Shown: piece after piece, positions 12,705 through 25,914 of the stretch
Position numbering within the stretch: the stretch's first letter is position 1
Layout: each line of letters opens with the position of its first letter
Source of the DNA: Chiloscyllium plagiosum
Taxonomy: Eukaryota
Length of the DNA stretch: 64,000 nt
Direction: 5' to 3'
NCBI RefSeq assembly: GCF_004010195.1
Contig: NC_057718.1
Location: forward strand, 35,125,777-35,189,776
Made by a program: the position numbers and the translations under genes
The notes under the pieces: generated by a model
Database searches by the model: none
The model's input: only the letters and a program-made list of their open reading frames with translations
Told to the model about the DNA's origin: nothing

Positions 12705-13048
12705 CATAGAAACCCTATAGTGTGGATCCAGGCCATTTGACCCATCGAGTCCATACTGACCCTCTTAACAGCATCCCACCCAGACTTACTCCCCCTACCC
12801 TGTCCCTGTAACCATGCATTTCCGATGGAGAAACCATCTAACCTGCACATCCCTGAACACTGTGAGCAATTTAGCACAGCCAACCCACCTAACCTGCACA
12901 TTTTGGACTGTGGGCGGAAACCAGAGTACCCACACGGATACAGGGAGAATACACAAACTCCACATGGACAGTCACCCAAGGCTGGAATCAAACCTGGGTC
13001 CCTGGTGCTGTGAGGCAGCAGTGCTAACCAATGAACCATCATGCCACC
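12705..13048 (-). mobile_element. HE1-like V-SINE
   Basis: Same head and core as 12005-12298. Confidence 0.9.
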
Positions 13049-14349
13049 CAGTATGTTCATCTCTAGTTTCATTCAGATCACAGGAGATCGGCATCCACAC
13101 AAAGTAAAGAGGCCCTACAATGTTGTCAGGCAGAGGCCCTGCAATGGTGTCACGAGGAAAAGAAAACCTGGACTAGTCAGACTTGTCCTGTATATTCGAG
13201 TCTGGAGTTCCAGTATGCCCAGCATGTTAATCTCTGAACATTACTTTTTAATTTGGTTTTTCTTCTGGTCAAGTCATTGGTTTCCTTTGACTCAATAAAT
13301 ACCAGTATGAAAGCACCAAAGCTCAGCATAGGCCAGCAGCCAAATCTGTGATGTCCTTGCTTTGCGTGGCTCAAAACACCATTAAGCACTGTCTGCATGA
13401 CTGAACCACAAGGAGAACTGTGAGTTGTAATTTCATATCAGGGTGACATTTCTGTGTACTGGCATTTTATCTCCAGGTCAGGAAATTACGATGTACTTTC
13501 AGCCACACTGGCCTGTATTAATTTACATTCCCCTCCTCCCAGAAGGACTCTGGCAGGCAGCTGTAATTTCGAGGTAATTAATGGTAACCCTCTTCATATG
13601 TTGCAAAGCACTTTCCCACTGAAGTTGTTTGGGATTTTTCGGAAAAACACATAAGTACTTGACTGTCAGCCTAACATTAGCTCTTTTAATTGCATACTTT
13701 TCAAAGCATGTAATTAAATATTTATGCTGCATTTTATCATTCTTAAACATGTAAAAGGAACTATCATTCCAAACCAAAGCAGAGTAGTGATTAAAGCTGA
13801 TGAATAGGCGGTGGGTGTAAGCAGTGTATGTAGCAGGATGTAGTTAACTGGCTACCTGATACATGCATTCTGTTCCACTATGCCTGAGACACAAACACAA
13901 TAACCTCCTTTAGTCCCAGTAAACTAAATGATTAATGCTGCACTTAGAGTGTAGCCATGGGAGGCAGACATAAAGGAGGCTGTGCCCATGGCTGAGGCAG
14001 CACATAGAGTACAGCCTCCATTGTCATTATTGCCCTGTCAATGGTAAACAGACTGTTTAAAGCATGAACCAGCCATTCTATTGTGGTTCTGCACAGACTG
14101 ATCTTTAAAACATTTTACGTAGGCTATCATCTGATTTTATGGGACTTTACGGAAATTCCTCAGCAATTGGGAAATGTCTGCAACCCGGAAATAAAAGTCA
14201 ACATTGGGCTTTTGAAAGAACTTGTATTTCCCAGAAGGAAACGCCAGTAAAACATATGAATGACTCATATTGGTCTGACTCTACCTGTAAACTGAGCTCT
14301 AATATGTTTACTGACTCAGTTACTAGCAACCTTGCCATTTAATCAAAAG

Positions 14350-14670
14350 CTCTGGCCTCAGTATCCACTACAGGACTTGAGGTCAAATATTTGAGCCTTC
14401 TAGATAAGACATTAAACCAAGGCTCCGTCGCTGCTTAGGTAATTGCAAAAAAAAATGGCATTATTTCAAAGAAGGGCCGGGGAGCTACTCTCCATGTTCC
14501 TGGCTGTTATTTATGCTCAAGCAAAATCACAAAATAGACATTACCTGGCTAACACCCCTTTTATGTTTGCGGGAACATGCTGTGTGCAAATTGGCATCTG
14601 TGCTTCCCATATTACAACAGTGGTTACACTTCAAAAATACTTTACTGATTGTAAAGTGCTTTGAGTAATC
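14350..14670 (+). mobile_element. Old Deu-domain SINE relic (SacSINE1/AmnSINE1-like)
   Basis: Contains ...ATAAGACATTAAACCAAGGC..., GCTGTGTGCAAATTGGC, TTACAACAGTG..TACACTTCAAAA and GTAAAGTGCTTTG. Similar to 45930-46310. Confidence 0.65.
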
Positions 14671-15172
14671 CAGCAGCTATTATTAGAAAATTTATAAGAA
14701 AGATTTTAAGAAAAATACAAGTTACATTTCACTGATATTTTTGCGTTGCCATTTGAAATGTACACAATGTTAAAGATTTGAAGTTGACAGTTACAGATGC
14801 AGAATTACATTCAACTTGAAGCACTTTTGCACAATTTAAGTTCGTCACAAGATAATGTTGATTGAGGTAAACTACATGAATGGGCCAGAGGCTTTTTATT
14901 GAATTAAGCCAAATTGTATTTAAAGGTTTGGTGGCCAAATGACAAATTGAAAAAATATTGCTAATTTTTATTTTTATGCCAAAGGTGGGCTGAATTGAGA
15001 TGGCTAAAAAACATACAAGCATTATTTTTACAACACTATCAGAATTGCCACTTTTTAAGATGAATATTTTCCATTAATCTGCAAACTAAAACCGAATGTC
15101 ACATTTTGGTTAGCATAAAAAGAACCTTTCAAAGTCTCATCTTTCAGCAGAATTTGTATATTTGTTACATGG

Positions 15173-15271
15173 TTAATGATAATACTGTTTATTACAAGGA
15201 TATTTTGAAGGCCAAATGATATTAACCCATTGGTAATGATTCCATAAATAGTCATTATTTTCCCGTAAATC
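15173..15271 (-). CDS. Candidate terminal coding exon, DLRENNDYLWNHYQWVNIIWPSKYPCNKQYYH*, product unknown
   Basis: Acceptor TTTTCTATCCTATGCAG|G, 32 open codons to TAA, and AATAAA downstream at 14895-14900 (minus strand). No homolog recognised. Confidence 0.35.
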   Translation of the reverse strand, partial: DLRENNDYLWNHYQWVNIIWPSKYPCNKQYYH

Positions 15272-17034
15272 CTGCATAGGATAGAAAACCTGAGTAATCC
15301 TTACAGGAACTCAAGGGTGGTTTATGGCAAATGCGCTTTAAGTGGTTTTCTTTTCATGATGTGGTGTTGCAGCCAGCAGCTATACTTTGATCACACGTTT
15401 TATGAAAGATTATCTGAGGTTTTATCATCGTTACATTAAATTAATTGCTGAAAACAAATACATTTAAGAAAATATGAAACTTAACTTCTCTGTCTCTACC
15501 ATTTGCTCTTTGCTGTCTTCCATACAATGATGATGGCTCTCTAAAGTATTTCATTGATTGTAAGGCATTTTATGATGTCTGTTGCTCATGAAAAGCAGTA
15601 TATAAATACAAGCTCTTCCTTCTTTTCTCCTTCTCTTCCTTCTTTCTTTCCCCCCTCCATTGCATCATTCCTTTGTTAATTCCCTTCCTCCTATCTTTCC
15701 TTTCATTCCTCTCTCTCCTCCCTGTGTTGGGTGTATCACATTGAGACCCCTTATTTTTTGAACCTGGAGGAACACAGGCCCTGCCTAATGTTGCTTTTAT
15801 ATTGATGACTATCTCAGACTCTATATAATCCAAACTGTGGAAGCAACCCGTGGAGACCAGGTGCTTCCCTGAATTGGCGACAATGTTTCCTGTAAGCCAC
15901 ATGCATGCAGAGACAGGCAACAGCCTGGAAGGTATAATGCAGCTGTGTGCAAGACATAGTGTACTTTAGTACACAGTGTGTGTGCAACAGTGTAAAACAT
16001 ATTCAATGATACCATGCCTTCAAAGAAACAGACAACTGAAAGAATGTTTTTCTTTCACATATTACCGCTAAAAGACATTTTTCTCAAAGCTTCCAAAACA
16101 TAAGAATGAAACATGAGTCAGTGGTTGTTTATTATTGATCTTAATATCTAAATATAAATTACAATAATAAGCATTGCCATGTCTGAGCTAGTACTGAGCA
16201 ATTGGATCACAAACTGTAGCATGCTTCCACAATGTGTCATGCTGCAAGTGGCTCCAGTCAGATCAAGACTGAGATCTTCACACCAACAGGTCACATGCCT
16301 CGATATGGAGATGATAAAATTAGCATGGCTCTTGAAGGTAGATTGTATTCTTGTTGTGAGATATAATAAGACCAGTGAGCCACCTTCGTAAACTACTGCA
16401 TTGACATGACCTGGACAGACTCGGTTGAATGTTTCCTTGTGCTTTCAGTGTGGGGTGAATGTGTTAGTTGATGAGTAAGGGTCATCCAATTGCCCATCAA
16501 TCAACTCATTAAGAGCAAGAGTGAGTATCTCCCTCTATCACAGGCTGCCACATTGAGGAAACTGCTATCCTCTTGTTAGCTGGCAGCATCTAGGTCCAAA
16601 AGTCCACAGTGGATCCAGTGACTAGAAAGTCAATACTTGTTATCTTCTCTTTGCGGATGTGGATTATGATGAAAGTGGGGGGTGTTAAAGAGTGTCAAGT
16701 AGTTCAGAGACAAGGGCAGGGATTGACTTTCAGAAGCCTTCCCAAATTAGGGAAATTGGAGGTCTCCCCTATCCTCAGACCATGGATTCCTAGTTGGTAA
16801 ACTAGCCTCCTTTTTCACCTACTGTGGAGACATGTAATTGGGAAAGTGGTGGGTTGAGGCCCTTAAGTGACTATTACATGATCACTTAAGGGCCTTACAT
16901 GTTGACAAGTTGAGGAATTTCCCCAATAGGCTTTCTCACTCAGCACTTAACTGTGAGGGTGGTGAGCTGGGAGTAAGTTTCCCTCCAGGGCTAACACGGT
17001 CCATCCTTTCTCCCTCTTGTCACCTTTGGTACAG

Positions 17035-18035
17035 TCCTAGAGTCATATAGCATGGTAACAGACCCTTCAGTCCAACCAGTCCACACTGACCATGTTCCCA
17101 AACAAAACAAGCCCACCTACCTACGCTTGGCCCATATTCTTCAAAATCTTTCCTATTCATGAACCTATTCAAATGACTTTTAAACATTGTAACTGTACCC
17201 ACATCCATCACTTTCTCTGGCAATTCATTTAACACACAAATCACTCTCCATCTAAAAATATTGCCCCTCACATCCTTTTTAAATCTTTCTCTTCTCACCT
17301 TAAAAATACTCCCTCTAATTTTGAACTCCTCCATCCTAGGAAAAGATCCTCGTTATTCACCTTACTTATGCCACTCGTGATTTTATAAACCTTAATAAGG
17401 CCACCCCTTAACGTTCTATGCTCCAGTAAAAAAAGTCCCAGTCTATTTTTATAACTCAAACCCTCCATTCCTGGCAACATCCCACTTAATCTTTTCTGAA
17501 CCATCTCCAGTTTAATAATATCCTTCCTATAATAGGGCAATCAGAACCGCACACAATACTCCAGAAGAGGCCTCACCAACGTCCTGTGCAACCTCAATAT
17601 GACGTCCCAACTCCTATACTCAAAAGGTCTGAGCAATGAAAGCAAGCATGTTAAACACCTTGTCAATCTGTAACGCAAATTTCAAGGAATTACATACCTG
17701 AACACCTAGGTCTTTCTGTTCTATCGGACCATACCATTAACTGTATAAGTTCTTCCGTTGATTGTATTGTCAAAATGCAATACCTCACATTTGTCCAACT
17801 GCCATTCCTCAGCCTATTGACCCAATTGATCAAGACCTCTTCATAATCTTAGATGACCTTCTTCACTGTCCACTCTATCACTACTTTTGATGTCACCTGC
17901 AAACTCTCGAACACTCTCATCAAAATCATTTATATAAATAATAAACAAAAGTGGACCTGGTACTGATCCCTTTAGAACATTGCTAATCACAGGCCACCAG
18001 TCTAAAAAGCAACCCTCCACCACTACCTCTGTCTC
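17035..18035 (-). mobile_element. CR1/HER1-like LINE, ~1 kb 3' portion
   Basis: RT motifs GSVPGPLLFIIYINDFD and FAGD (for FADD), plus PYYRKDIIKLEMVQKR. ATGACTCTA tail. Confidence 0.92.
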
Positions 18036-18107
18036 CCACTGTAAAGCTAATGTTACATCCAGTTGGTCGGGGCATATTCTCACCACAGTGCTGTTAGGGA
18101 GACAGTC

Positions 18108-19945
18108 TGTGGTGACTGGAATCAGGTGGACTTTGTTGACAAAGAACTCCCTGATTGAGGTTGTTAACCTCGGCCAATCAGGAAGCCTTGGCCTGACCAA
18201 CACAAGCAGGGGATTAACTACGTCTATTTAAGACATGGGCAGTTGTGATTACTCCAAGTATACATGTCAGACCCATGATCAATGAATATTATGTTTATAA
18301 CTTGTTAAATGAAGAATTCAGGAAATGTATTCAATTGGTTATTAAATCTAATAGTACATTTTAGCTATTAGTGATTAAAGTTTTCATACTGTTTTGGGAA
18401 AAAAATACAAGCAGGGGATTATTTTGATTTAATCCCTCACCCCATTCACTTTTTCGATCATTGCCATTTGATAAGAGGGGCACTGCTTGTGACTGGCCAC
18501 TTGGGTGTTTTTTCTTCCTGGTGATGGAATATGAATAAAGTTTCTGCTGGGGAAAATGAGCTGTTTGGCAGTAGTGTGAGGTTTTAAGGGGAAAAGAATA
18601 AACAAGAGATTATTTTGATTTAGTCCCTACCCTCCCCTTCACCTTTTTTCATGTAAGCCTTGCTCGCTCTGGCTTTGCTTGTCACTGGTTCATTGGCTGC
18701 ATGGGTGTCTTTTCTGGTGGTGGAAGATTAATAAAGTTATTTTCATTTAGTTTTTTCTTAATGTATCTTGCACCTGCGTGCACACAAACATGGGTGCTGA
18801 GGAATATGAACACTACTGCTGTATGGCAATAGTGTGAGGGGAATTAAGAAATAGATATATAACTGAATGAGAATCTCCTCAGTTCATCTAACTGACTTTG
18901 AGCTAAAAGGAAGTATAACCAGGAGATTAGAATCTTAAAAGAAAAGTATAAACAGGAGATTTAAAATCTCCTCAGTAGTGGGGTTCTGACTCTGAACTGG
19001 CTGGTCACAGCCAGTGTACTGTGCACGAGTAAGTAAAGGGTGACTTGGTGATGGGATACTGGCCTCTGTAGAGTTATTGTGGTGGTGATGGGAGAAAACA
19101 GGATGTGCCTGAACGCTTGCAACCATCATCTTGAGTTAGGGTAACCATTTCCAGCAAGACCTTATTTGGGAAGTTTGGTGTATTTGATTTTGTTGTTGAA
19201 AACTGGACCCGGTATATGGAACAAATGTGATATTTTTTCCAGGGAAATTAAATTAGGGCAGATGAAAAGCAGCAAGTAATTCTTCTAACTGCTTGCGGAG
19301 CTGCGGTCATAAGGGGCTTAACTTTCCCAGAGGCACCAGACACTAAAACCTTCCAAGAGTTGACGGAGTTAGTTCAGGAGTATTATGACCGCAAACCTCC
19401 TCTAAATCTGAGACACCACGAGTTTTACTGGGCTGTTCGACAACTGGGGAAATCCATATTGGGATTTTTGACGAGGCTAAGATGTAGTTTTGGTTAACCC
19501 TGAATGAGATGCTGACAGACCATTTAGTATGTGGGATTAATGATGTAACCATATAGATGTAACTCCTACTAGCCGAAGCCCAATTGGACTTCAAACAGGC
19601 AATGCAATTTGTTTTATTATTAGAAAATGCAGCAAGTGGAGTCTGGGAACTGCAGGGCATCCCGATGGAAGTGAACTCCCCCACCTGTCCAACTGACATT
19701 GGAGAATACCACTTCAGCACAGGCAATCATAGAGCCTCACACAAGGCATATCCTGAGCAGAGGGACCCTAGGCCATCCCACAGCAGAACCCCACAACAGA
19801 GCTAAGCCTTGGCCAAGTGACTCAAAACGTTCTTCAGGATCTGGGCCTGAAGAGGGGCCTGAATCTGAGCTGGCTGGCCCCAGCCAGTGTACTGTGCACA
19901 GTAAATAAAGAGTGATTTGGTAACAAGATATCGGCAGTTACTTCA
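18108..19945 (+). mobile_element. Decayed Gypsy (Mag-like) LTR element, gag only, with a probably interrupted 5' LTR
   Basis: Direct repeats CAGCCAGTGTACTGTGCAC...TAAAG.GTGA.TTGGT at ~19000-19060 and ~19870-19935. Stop-containing gag (LFGKFGVFD...ENWTRYME...ILLTACG; HLVCGIND...LLAEAQLDFKQA). Purine tract at ~19850. The left boundary is uncertain. Confidence 0.75.
18405..18850. repeat. Two diverged ~200-bp tandem units, possibly a LINE 3' UTR repeat
   Basis: GATTATTTTGATTT...CTGGTG.TGGAA...AATAAAG...GCTGT.TGGCA.TAGTGTGAGG occurs twice. Confidence 0.6.
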
Positions 19946-20039
19946 ATTTCCAGGTCAGAATGGTGCATGACTTGGAGGGAGCTTCATGTTCCATGCTTCT
20001 GCCAAATTTACAAATGGTAATGATTCTGAGTTTAGAAAA

Positions 20040-20600
20040 AGGAAACACAGAAAACAGGAGCAGGAATAGGCCCTTTGATCCATTGAACGTACACTGTTAT
20101 TTGACACAATCATGACTGATTCTCTATCTCAACACCACAATCCTGCTCTCTCCCACCTGCCCTTGCCATCTTTAGTCTCAAGACATCTATTTATTTCTTA
20201 AATATACTCAGTGACCTGGTGTCCACTGTTTTGCTCTGATCTGAGTGAGGAAATTTCTTGCCATGTCAGTCTGAAATGGCATACCCAATATCCAAACATG
20301 ACTCCATGTGCTGGAACTCGCAACCAGGGGAAATATCGTCCCTGCATCCAGGCTGTCCAGCCCTGTCTGTGATATGTTTTCCTGAGATCCCTTCTCATTC
20401 ATCTAACATCTGGGGATTCCAGGTCCAGTTGACTCAATCTCTCCTCATCCACCAAAAATCAGTCTGGTGAAACTTTGCTGCTTGCCCTCAATGGCATGTA
20501 TATCTTTCCTGAGGGAAATGGATCAAAACTGCACAGTACGCCAGGTGTGGTCCTGCCAAAGGGTCTGTTCAGTTGAAATACAAGTTTCTCATTCCTGTAC
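20040..20600 (-). mobile_element. Degenerate CR1 LINE 3' portion
   Basis: Reverse complement shows MRRDL, GLDSLDAG.IFPL and a CR1-type tail. Confidence 0.75.
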
Positions 20601-20874
20601 TTAATAGTGAGGGATTCAGAGATAGTAAATTATATTGAAGGTCAAGAGGAGATTTAGAAAAGACTTTGAGTAATGATAAGAAAAATAATTATCCATTGTT
20701 CTCATTCCTTTTGGTTTTGTCAGTGGCTGCTACAGGAAAATGCATGCATGCACGACATTGATGAAGATGAGATTACATTCTGCTGTGATGTCGTCACAGA
20801 TGTATAGGTTCTTATTACCCATTACGTATGAATGTGACTCTGTACGAAAATATAAAATGTGCGCTTCACATCTT

Positions 20875-21050
20875 CAGGAGAAAGTGATGACTGCAGATTC
20901 TGGATATTAGAGTTGAGAGTGTGGTGCTGGAAAAGCACAACGGGTCAGGCAGCATCTGATGGAGCAGGAGAATCGATGTTTCGGGCATAAGTCCTGGGAT
21001 GCTGCTTGAACTGCTGTGCTTTTTCAGCACCACACTCTCAACTCCTATTT
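20875..21050. mobile_element. Penelope-derived short foldback element
   Basis: Inverted arms at ~20910-20956 and ~20998-21044. The sequence matches the termini of the Penelope copies at 44.6 and 47.3 kb. Confidence 0.75.
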
Positions 21051-22517
21051 GCAACCTGATTTTCCTTCTCCTGACATTTATACTCAGTAGTATCAACACA
21101 AATACAGTCATTAAAGATGTAAATTGGTTATCAACACATGCAAAGTCACAATGACCCACGTCTTCCCTCCTACACACCTGCCCCCATGGTTTACGCATGT
21201 GCGCACATGTGTGTAATTTACAAGAGGTGCTGGATGGTAACTGATATCATGGAATTGTGCCTACTGTGTGACAGGCATTATTTCTGCTTTTTGTGTTTGG
21301 AAGCTAAATAATCACTTGGGTGGGATGAAGAGAGGAGAATCAGCTAGGTGGGGGGATATCTTAATGCTTAAATGCTGACTGCTCCACCTGTTTACTAAGG
21401 TAAACACTTCCGCTTTTGCCAGTAGGCATTGAATAATTGCCGGGGTCAAAAACATAGAAGAATGTTGCATAGTGAGTTTCTCAAATCAGTAAGAAACTCA
21501 CCTATTTTTCCATTCATGTAGAAAATTAATCACTCTCTGTTACAACATATCAGCCTTTCTTCCTGATTTTTGTCCATACTTTGACTGAGCAATAAAGAGA
21601 TCTTCTGCACCACATTTGGGGAAAATAGCTGGAGGTGGGGAAGGTGGAGTTGTGCGTGGATATTAAAAGATCACTTCTTGTTTTAATTCACACTCCAATC
21701 ATATGTCTGATGGTATGAACAAGAAGTCACTATGAGACGGCTTGCAGGTTTGATTTTAAGGATAACTATTTCCTGGAAATTTAACCACTCACTCACTATT
21801 TACAGTGAAATTATCATTTCAGAACTTGAATATAAATGCATAATATGCCGTTTCTTTTCTGTGGCTAAGTACAGCACTGGTGTACTACCTGTAATGACTA
21901 TAGTATCAGTTAAACAATTATTATGGAGCAGACTGGAAACTTTGTTTGCAAACTCAACATATGCATTTTACTGTACGATGCAAAATGGAGTTTTTTCCTC
22001 TGCTTGCTCGAGAAAATATCTAATTACACATCTGCCACAAATAATAAAGGGTGAGAGTAAGAGTGATAGAGCCTGCCTACCTGAAGCAATATTGGAAATA
22101 GAATCCAGAATAGCTTATGGAAACAAAATTGACTAGAATGGAGAATTACGTCATGCAACATTTCTCAGAAGACTTCCATTTTCAATAATGCATTCTTGGC
22201 TTGTGGATATCACTGTCAAGCCTGGTATTAGCTGCACATTGCTCAAAGGTGGTGACCCACGTGTTCTCAGAATACAATTAGGTGAGTAGATTGAGATTTT
22301 TGATCCAGCGACAATAAAGGAAGGACAAAAGTGCGAAATAAAGGGATGTGTAAGTGCAAGTATAATGTATGATTTGGAGGATATAGAGCATGCACCCAGA
22401 TTCTAGATGGGTACAATGAAACCAACCTTACCAGCTTGGTATTTGGGAACAAACGCCCACTGTATGACTCAAATTCAGAACAATGAAAAGTTAGAATACC
22501 TCCGTGTAAATTATAAT

Positions 22518-22700
22518 CAAAAACAGAAATTGCTGGAGAAACTCCAAAGGTCTGGCAGCATCTATGGAGAGAAAGCAGAGTTCACATTTCAAGGCTGGTT
22601 GAAACTTAAGTCTGCTTTCTTCCCATGGATGCTGCCAGACCTACAGCATTTGTCCAGCAATTTCTGTTTTTGTTTTAGATCCCCAGCATCCACAATTCTT
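22518..22700. mobile_element. Penelope-derived short foldback element (second family)
   Basis: AAACAGAAATTGCTGGA...GGTCTGGCAGCATC and its reverse complement. Matches the terminus at 58620-58680. Confidence 0.7.
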
Positions 22701-23554
22701 CCTTTTATGATTATATTGGACTGTTTAGGCTTATTTACTAATACTGCAAAAAAAGTGGAGTCACCTTCATTGTCCTCTTACAATCCATTATACACACAGA
22801 GAGTCAAGATGGTCATATTATTAAGATTTATTTTGAATCTGAATGTAGTCCCTGATATTTTCCATGAGTACATAGAGTGCAATGATCAGGTGGCAGTGTA
22901 TGACAGCAACTGGCCTGAAAGAGCTGCTGTCCCAGTGAGCGCAGCACTTTAACTTGCAGCATGGAACAATGCTTATGGAAGGCCAGGTCGGGCACATGAA
23001 TGGAAATACCCACTTGGACGATGACATTTGGGATTAACTGTTCGTGAAGGTAAAGTCTGGAGCAGCTGAAGGCATGGGTGATAAGTATGGAGTGATGAAA
23101 ATCTGAAAGCTGCAAAATACCAAACTTGGTGGTTTTTAGGTTTTGTCCCATTTTCTTTCACATTCGCCCACAGGTAGATTCAGAGAAGGTTTTACCTCCC
23201 ATTCCAGAAGGTTGGATCACTGAACCAGGTAGGCTGGAGCACCAGATACAAAGAGCTTCAAATTCTGCCAGCCCTTTCAAAGGTTTCTTAGCTGAACCTG
23301 CCTGACAGGTTACTTGGGTTTGATGTTTGTTTCTCACTTTACCCAGTTTTACCCTCAATTACCTTTCATTATTTCATTCTAATATCCAGGCAGTTCTTTT
23401 ATTTCATTCACAGGATGTGGACAAAACGTAAAAACCACCAGGTTTGGTATTTTGCAACTTTCAGATTTTCATCACTGCATACTTATCACCGGTGCCTTCA
23501 GCCGCCTCAGTCCTCACCTCTTCAGTCCTCTTCTTTTTTAAAATGACATGAGGG

Positions 23555-23900
23555 AAGGCAATGGTCTCGTGGCGTTAATGTTAGCCTATTAATCCAGCAA
23601 CCCATATAGTGTTCTGGGACCTGGGTACAAATCCTGTCATGACAGATTGTGGGATTTGAATTCAATAGAAATCTGGAATCAAAAGTTCATGAGACCATTG
23701 TCAATTATCAGGAAAAAGCCACCTGGAACATCTAGGTCCTTTAGGGAAGGTAATTGCCATCTTTACCTAGTTTGGCCTAAGTGTGAATCCAGACCTGTGA
23801 CAGAGTGGTTGACTGTGTACTGCTCTCTGGGCAATTAGGAATGGACAATAAATTCTGGCCAGGTCAGCAATGCCCCATCCTGCGAACAAATGTTTTTAAA
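23555..23900 (+). mobile_element. tRNA-derived SINE with LINE-type tail
   Basis: Degenerate A/B-box head, then CCTTTAGGGAAGG.AA.TGCCAT and GGCAATTAGG.ATGG.CAATAAA. Similar to 52925-53250. Confidence 0.7.
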
Positions 23901-23999
23901 AAGCTGTCTAAGCTTTTAATCCCCGATCCTAATATCTCCTTATTACCTCCACATCCAATTTTCTGACTGAAATGGTCAAGTCCTAAATGATATAGCTAC

Positions 24000-24975
24000 T
24001 GGACTGAGTCTTCAGTGGCTGGTGAGGGAACCAACAAGAAGGGAAAACATACTTGACCTCATCCTTACCAATCTGTCACAACTACATCTGTCTTTAACAA
24101 TATCGGTAAGAGCAAGCACGTACAGTCCTTGTGGACATGAAGTCCCACCTTCACATTGAGAATACCCTGTACTGGGTTGTATGGGACTATCACCATGATA
24201 AATGATGCAAACTTCAAACAAAAGTAACAATGCCTGACTGGGCACCCATGAAGCCTTTTGGCCATCAGCAGCAGCAGAATCATACTCAAACACAATTGCA
24301 ACCTCAAACACTCTACCATTACGTGCTGGAGATCAAAATAAAAACAGAAAAAGCTAGTGAAATTCAGTACGTCTGACAGTACTAATGGAGGGAGAAACAG
24401 AGTTAACGTATTGACTCCGGTATGACTCTTCTTCAGAGCTTGTCCATCATGAAATCAGAAGTGAAATGGAATACTCTCCACTTGCCTGAATGAGTGCAGC
24501 TTCAACAACACTCAAAAAACTTGTCAGTATCCAAGACAAAGCAACCCATTTGATTGGCACCACATCTAAAAACATCCATTCTGAACGCTAGTGACCCTCA
24601 GTAGGAGCAATGTGTACAATGTCCAAGCTGTACTGCAGAGGTTCACCAATGCTCCTTAGACAGCACCTTCCAGACCCAGAACCACAACCACCTCAAAGGA
24701 CAAGGGCAGCAGATACATGGCAACATCTCCACCTGCAAGTTTCCCTCCAAGCGACTCATCAGGCTGACTTGGAAATAAATCGCCATTCGCTTACTGTTGT
24801 TGGATCAAAATCCTGGAATTCCCTCTCTAAAGGCATTGTGGGTCTACCTACAGAATAAGGACAGCAGCGGTTCAAGAGAGCAGCTCACCACCACCTTCTC
24901 AAAGACAGCTAAGGTGGACAATATATGCTGGCTCAGCCAGTGATACACACCTTCTATGAATGAATATAACAATAA
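24000..24975 (+). mobile_element. Internally deleted LINE (endonuclease and 3' fragments) containing a Penelope-terminus insert
   Basis: VREPTRRENILDLILTNL is the end of an APE domain. The 3' part resembles 3140-3420. Insert at ~24325-24440. Confidence 0.75.
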
Positions 24976-25820
24976 AAAATAATGCTGCTATTCCAGACAG
25001 GACAAAAACGCAAGGTGTGATGTTCAATCTGTTCTGAATTTCATGATTATAGTCCTGAGTTACAGAACAGATTGATTTCAGTGTCTGTGGGCTAGGAAGA
25101 AGTTAATCAGTCAAGCTTTCAGTGCATCCTCACTCTGTGATAATCCACGTTGAGTGTGGATCTTGGCTGAGGGCAGCACTGTGCTGTACTAAGCTACGTG
25201 CCACATGTAGTCAAATAAGTTGTCATTGGACACTGACCCAGTGACATGAAAAAAGACTGAGAGGAATCAGAACATTTGCTGAACAGAAGAGTTGGGATGC
25301 TCAAGAGATGAAAGGGGTAAAAAAAACAGCCAGAGGGAAGGAAATTGCCAAGCTAAAGTAAAATGAAATTGGAATCTACTGGTTTAAACTCCTGGATTCT
25401 TTCTCATATATGTATTCCAGTGTAGGCCAAGCTACATCAGAAGGTGTTGTACAAATATCCTTCTCCTGAGAATTGCATTAACATTTACTGCTATTCTAAA
25501 GCATCTGCTTGCAGTCATGTCAGAGCTGCACCAGCAGGAGACAGAGAGGATAATGTATGTGTCCCTGTTCTTTAAATCAGGGAGTGATGAGTGGACACAA
25601 ATAGAAAATTATATAATTCACAAAATGGAGAAGAGGAATTACAAGAATAGAAATGAAGCCAAGAATGAAATCAGAGCAAAAATTGCATCTATTGTGGGTT
25701 GAAATATTAAAAACATATGAAGGTCCCAAAGGCCTTTGCTGTTTCCTCTAAAGAATGGTATCTTTTCAGAGTGTGATCAACTTCCTCTTTAGTCCTGCCA
25801 ACACAAACATTGGAATTTAC

Positions 25821-25914
25821 CCTGAAGCACTAGCATTCTGTTCAAAAAATCCAACCAGAAATCTGATTCATAAAATGCTTTAGGCTGCTGCAGCAAAGTT
25901 CTCCATACATACTG
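25821..25914 (-). CDS. Candidate internal coding exon, QYVWRTLLQQPKAFYESDFWLDFLNRMLVLQ(G)
   Basis: Acceptor CCTTTTCGTTATTACAG|CAG (NAGNAG) and donor CAGG|GTAAAT. Only one frame is open. Confidence 0.3.

Noticed and set aside
11990..13107. ORFs and tRNA-like sequences in the SINE copies
   Set aside because: The same peptides recur at every HE1-like copy. The heads are SINE-derived and I see no full cloverleaf.
21732..22136. 134-aa plus-strand ORF
   Set aside because: No recognisable domain and no convincing splice or promoter context. Probably chance.
22407..22952. 181-aa plus-strand ORF
   Set aside because: It runs through a Penelope-derived foldback repeat and has no coherent protein features.
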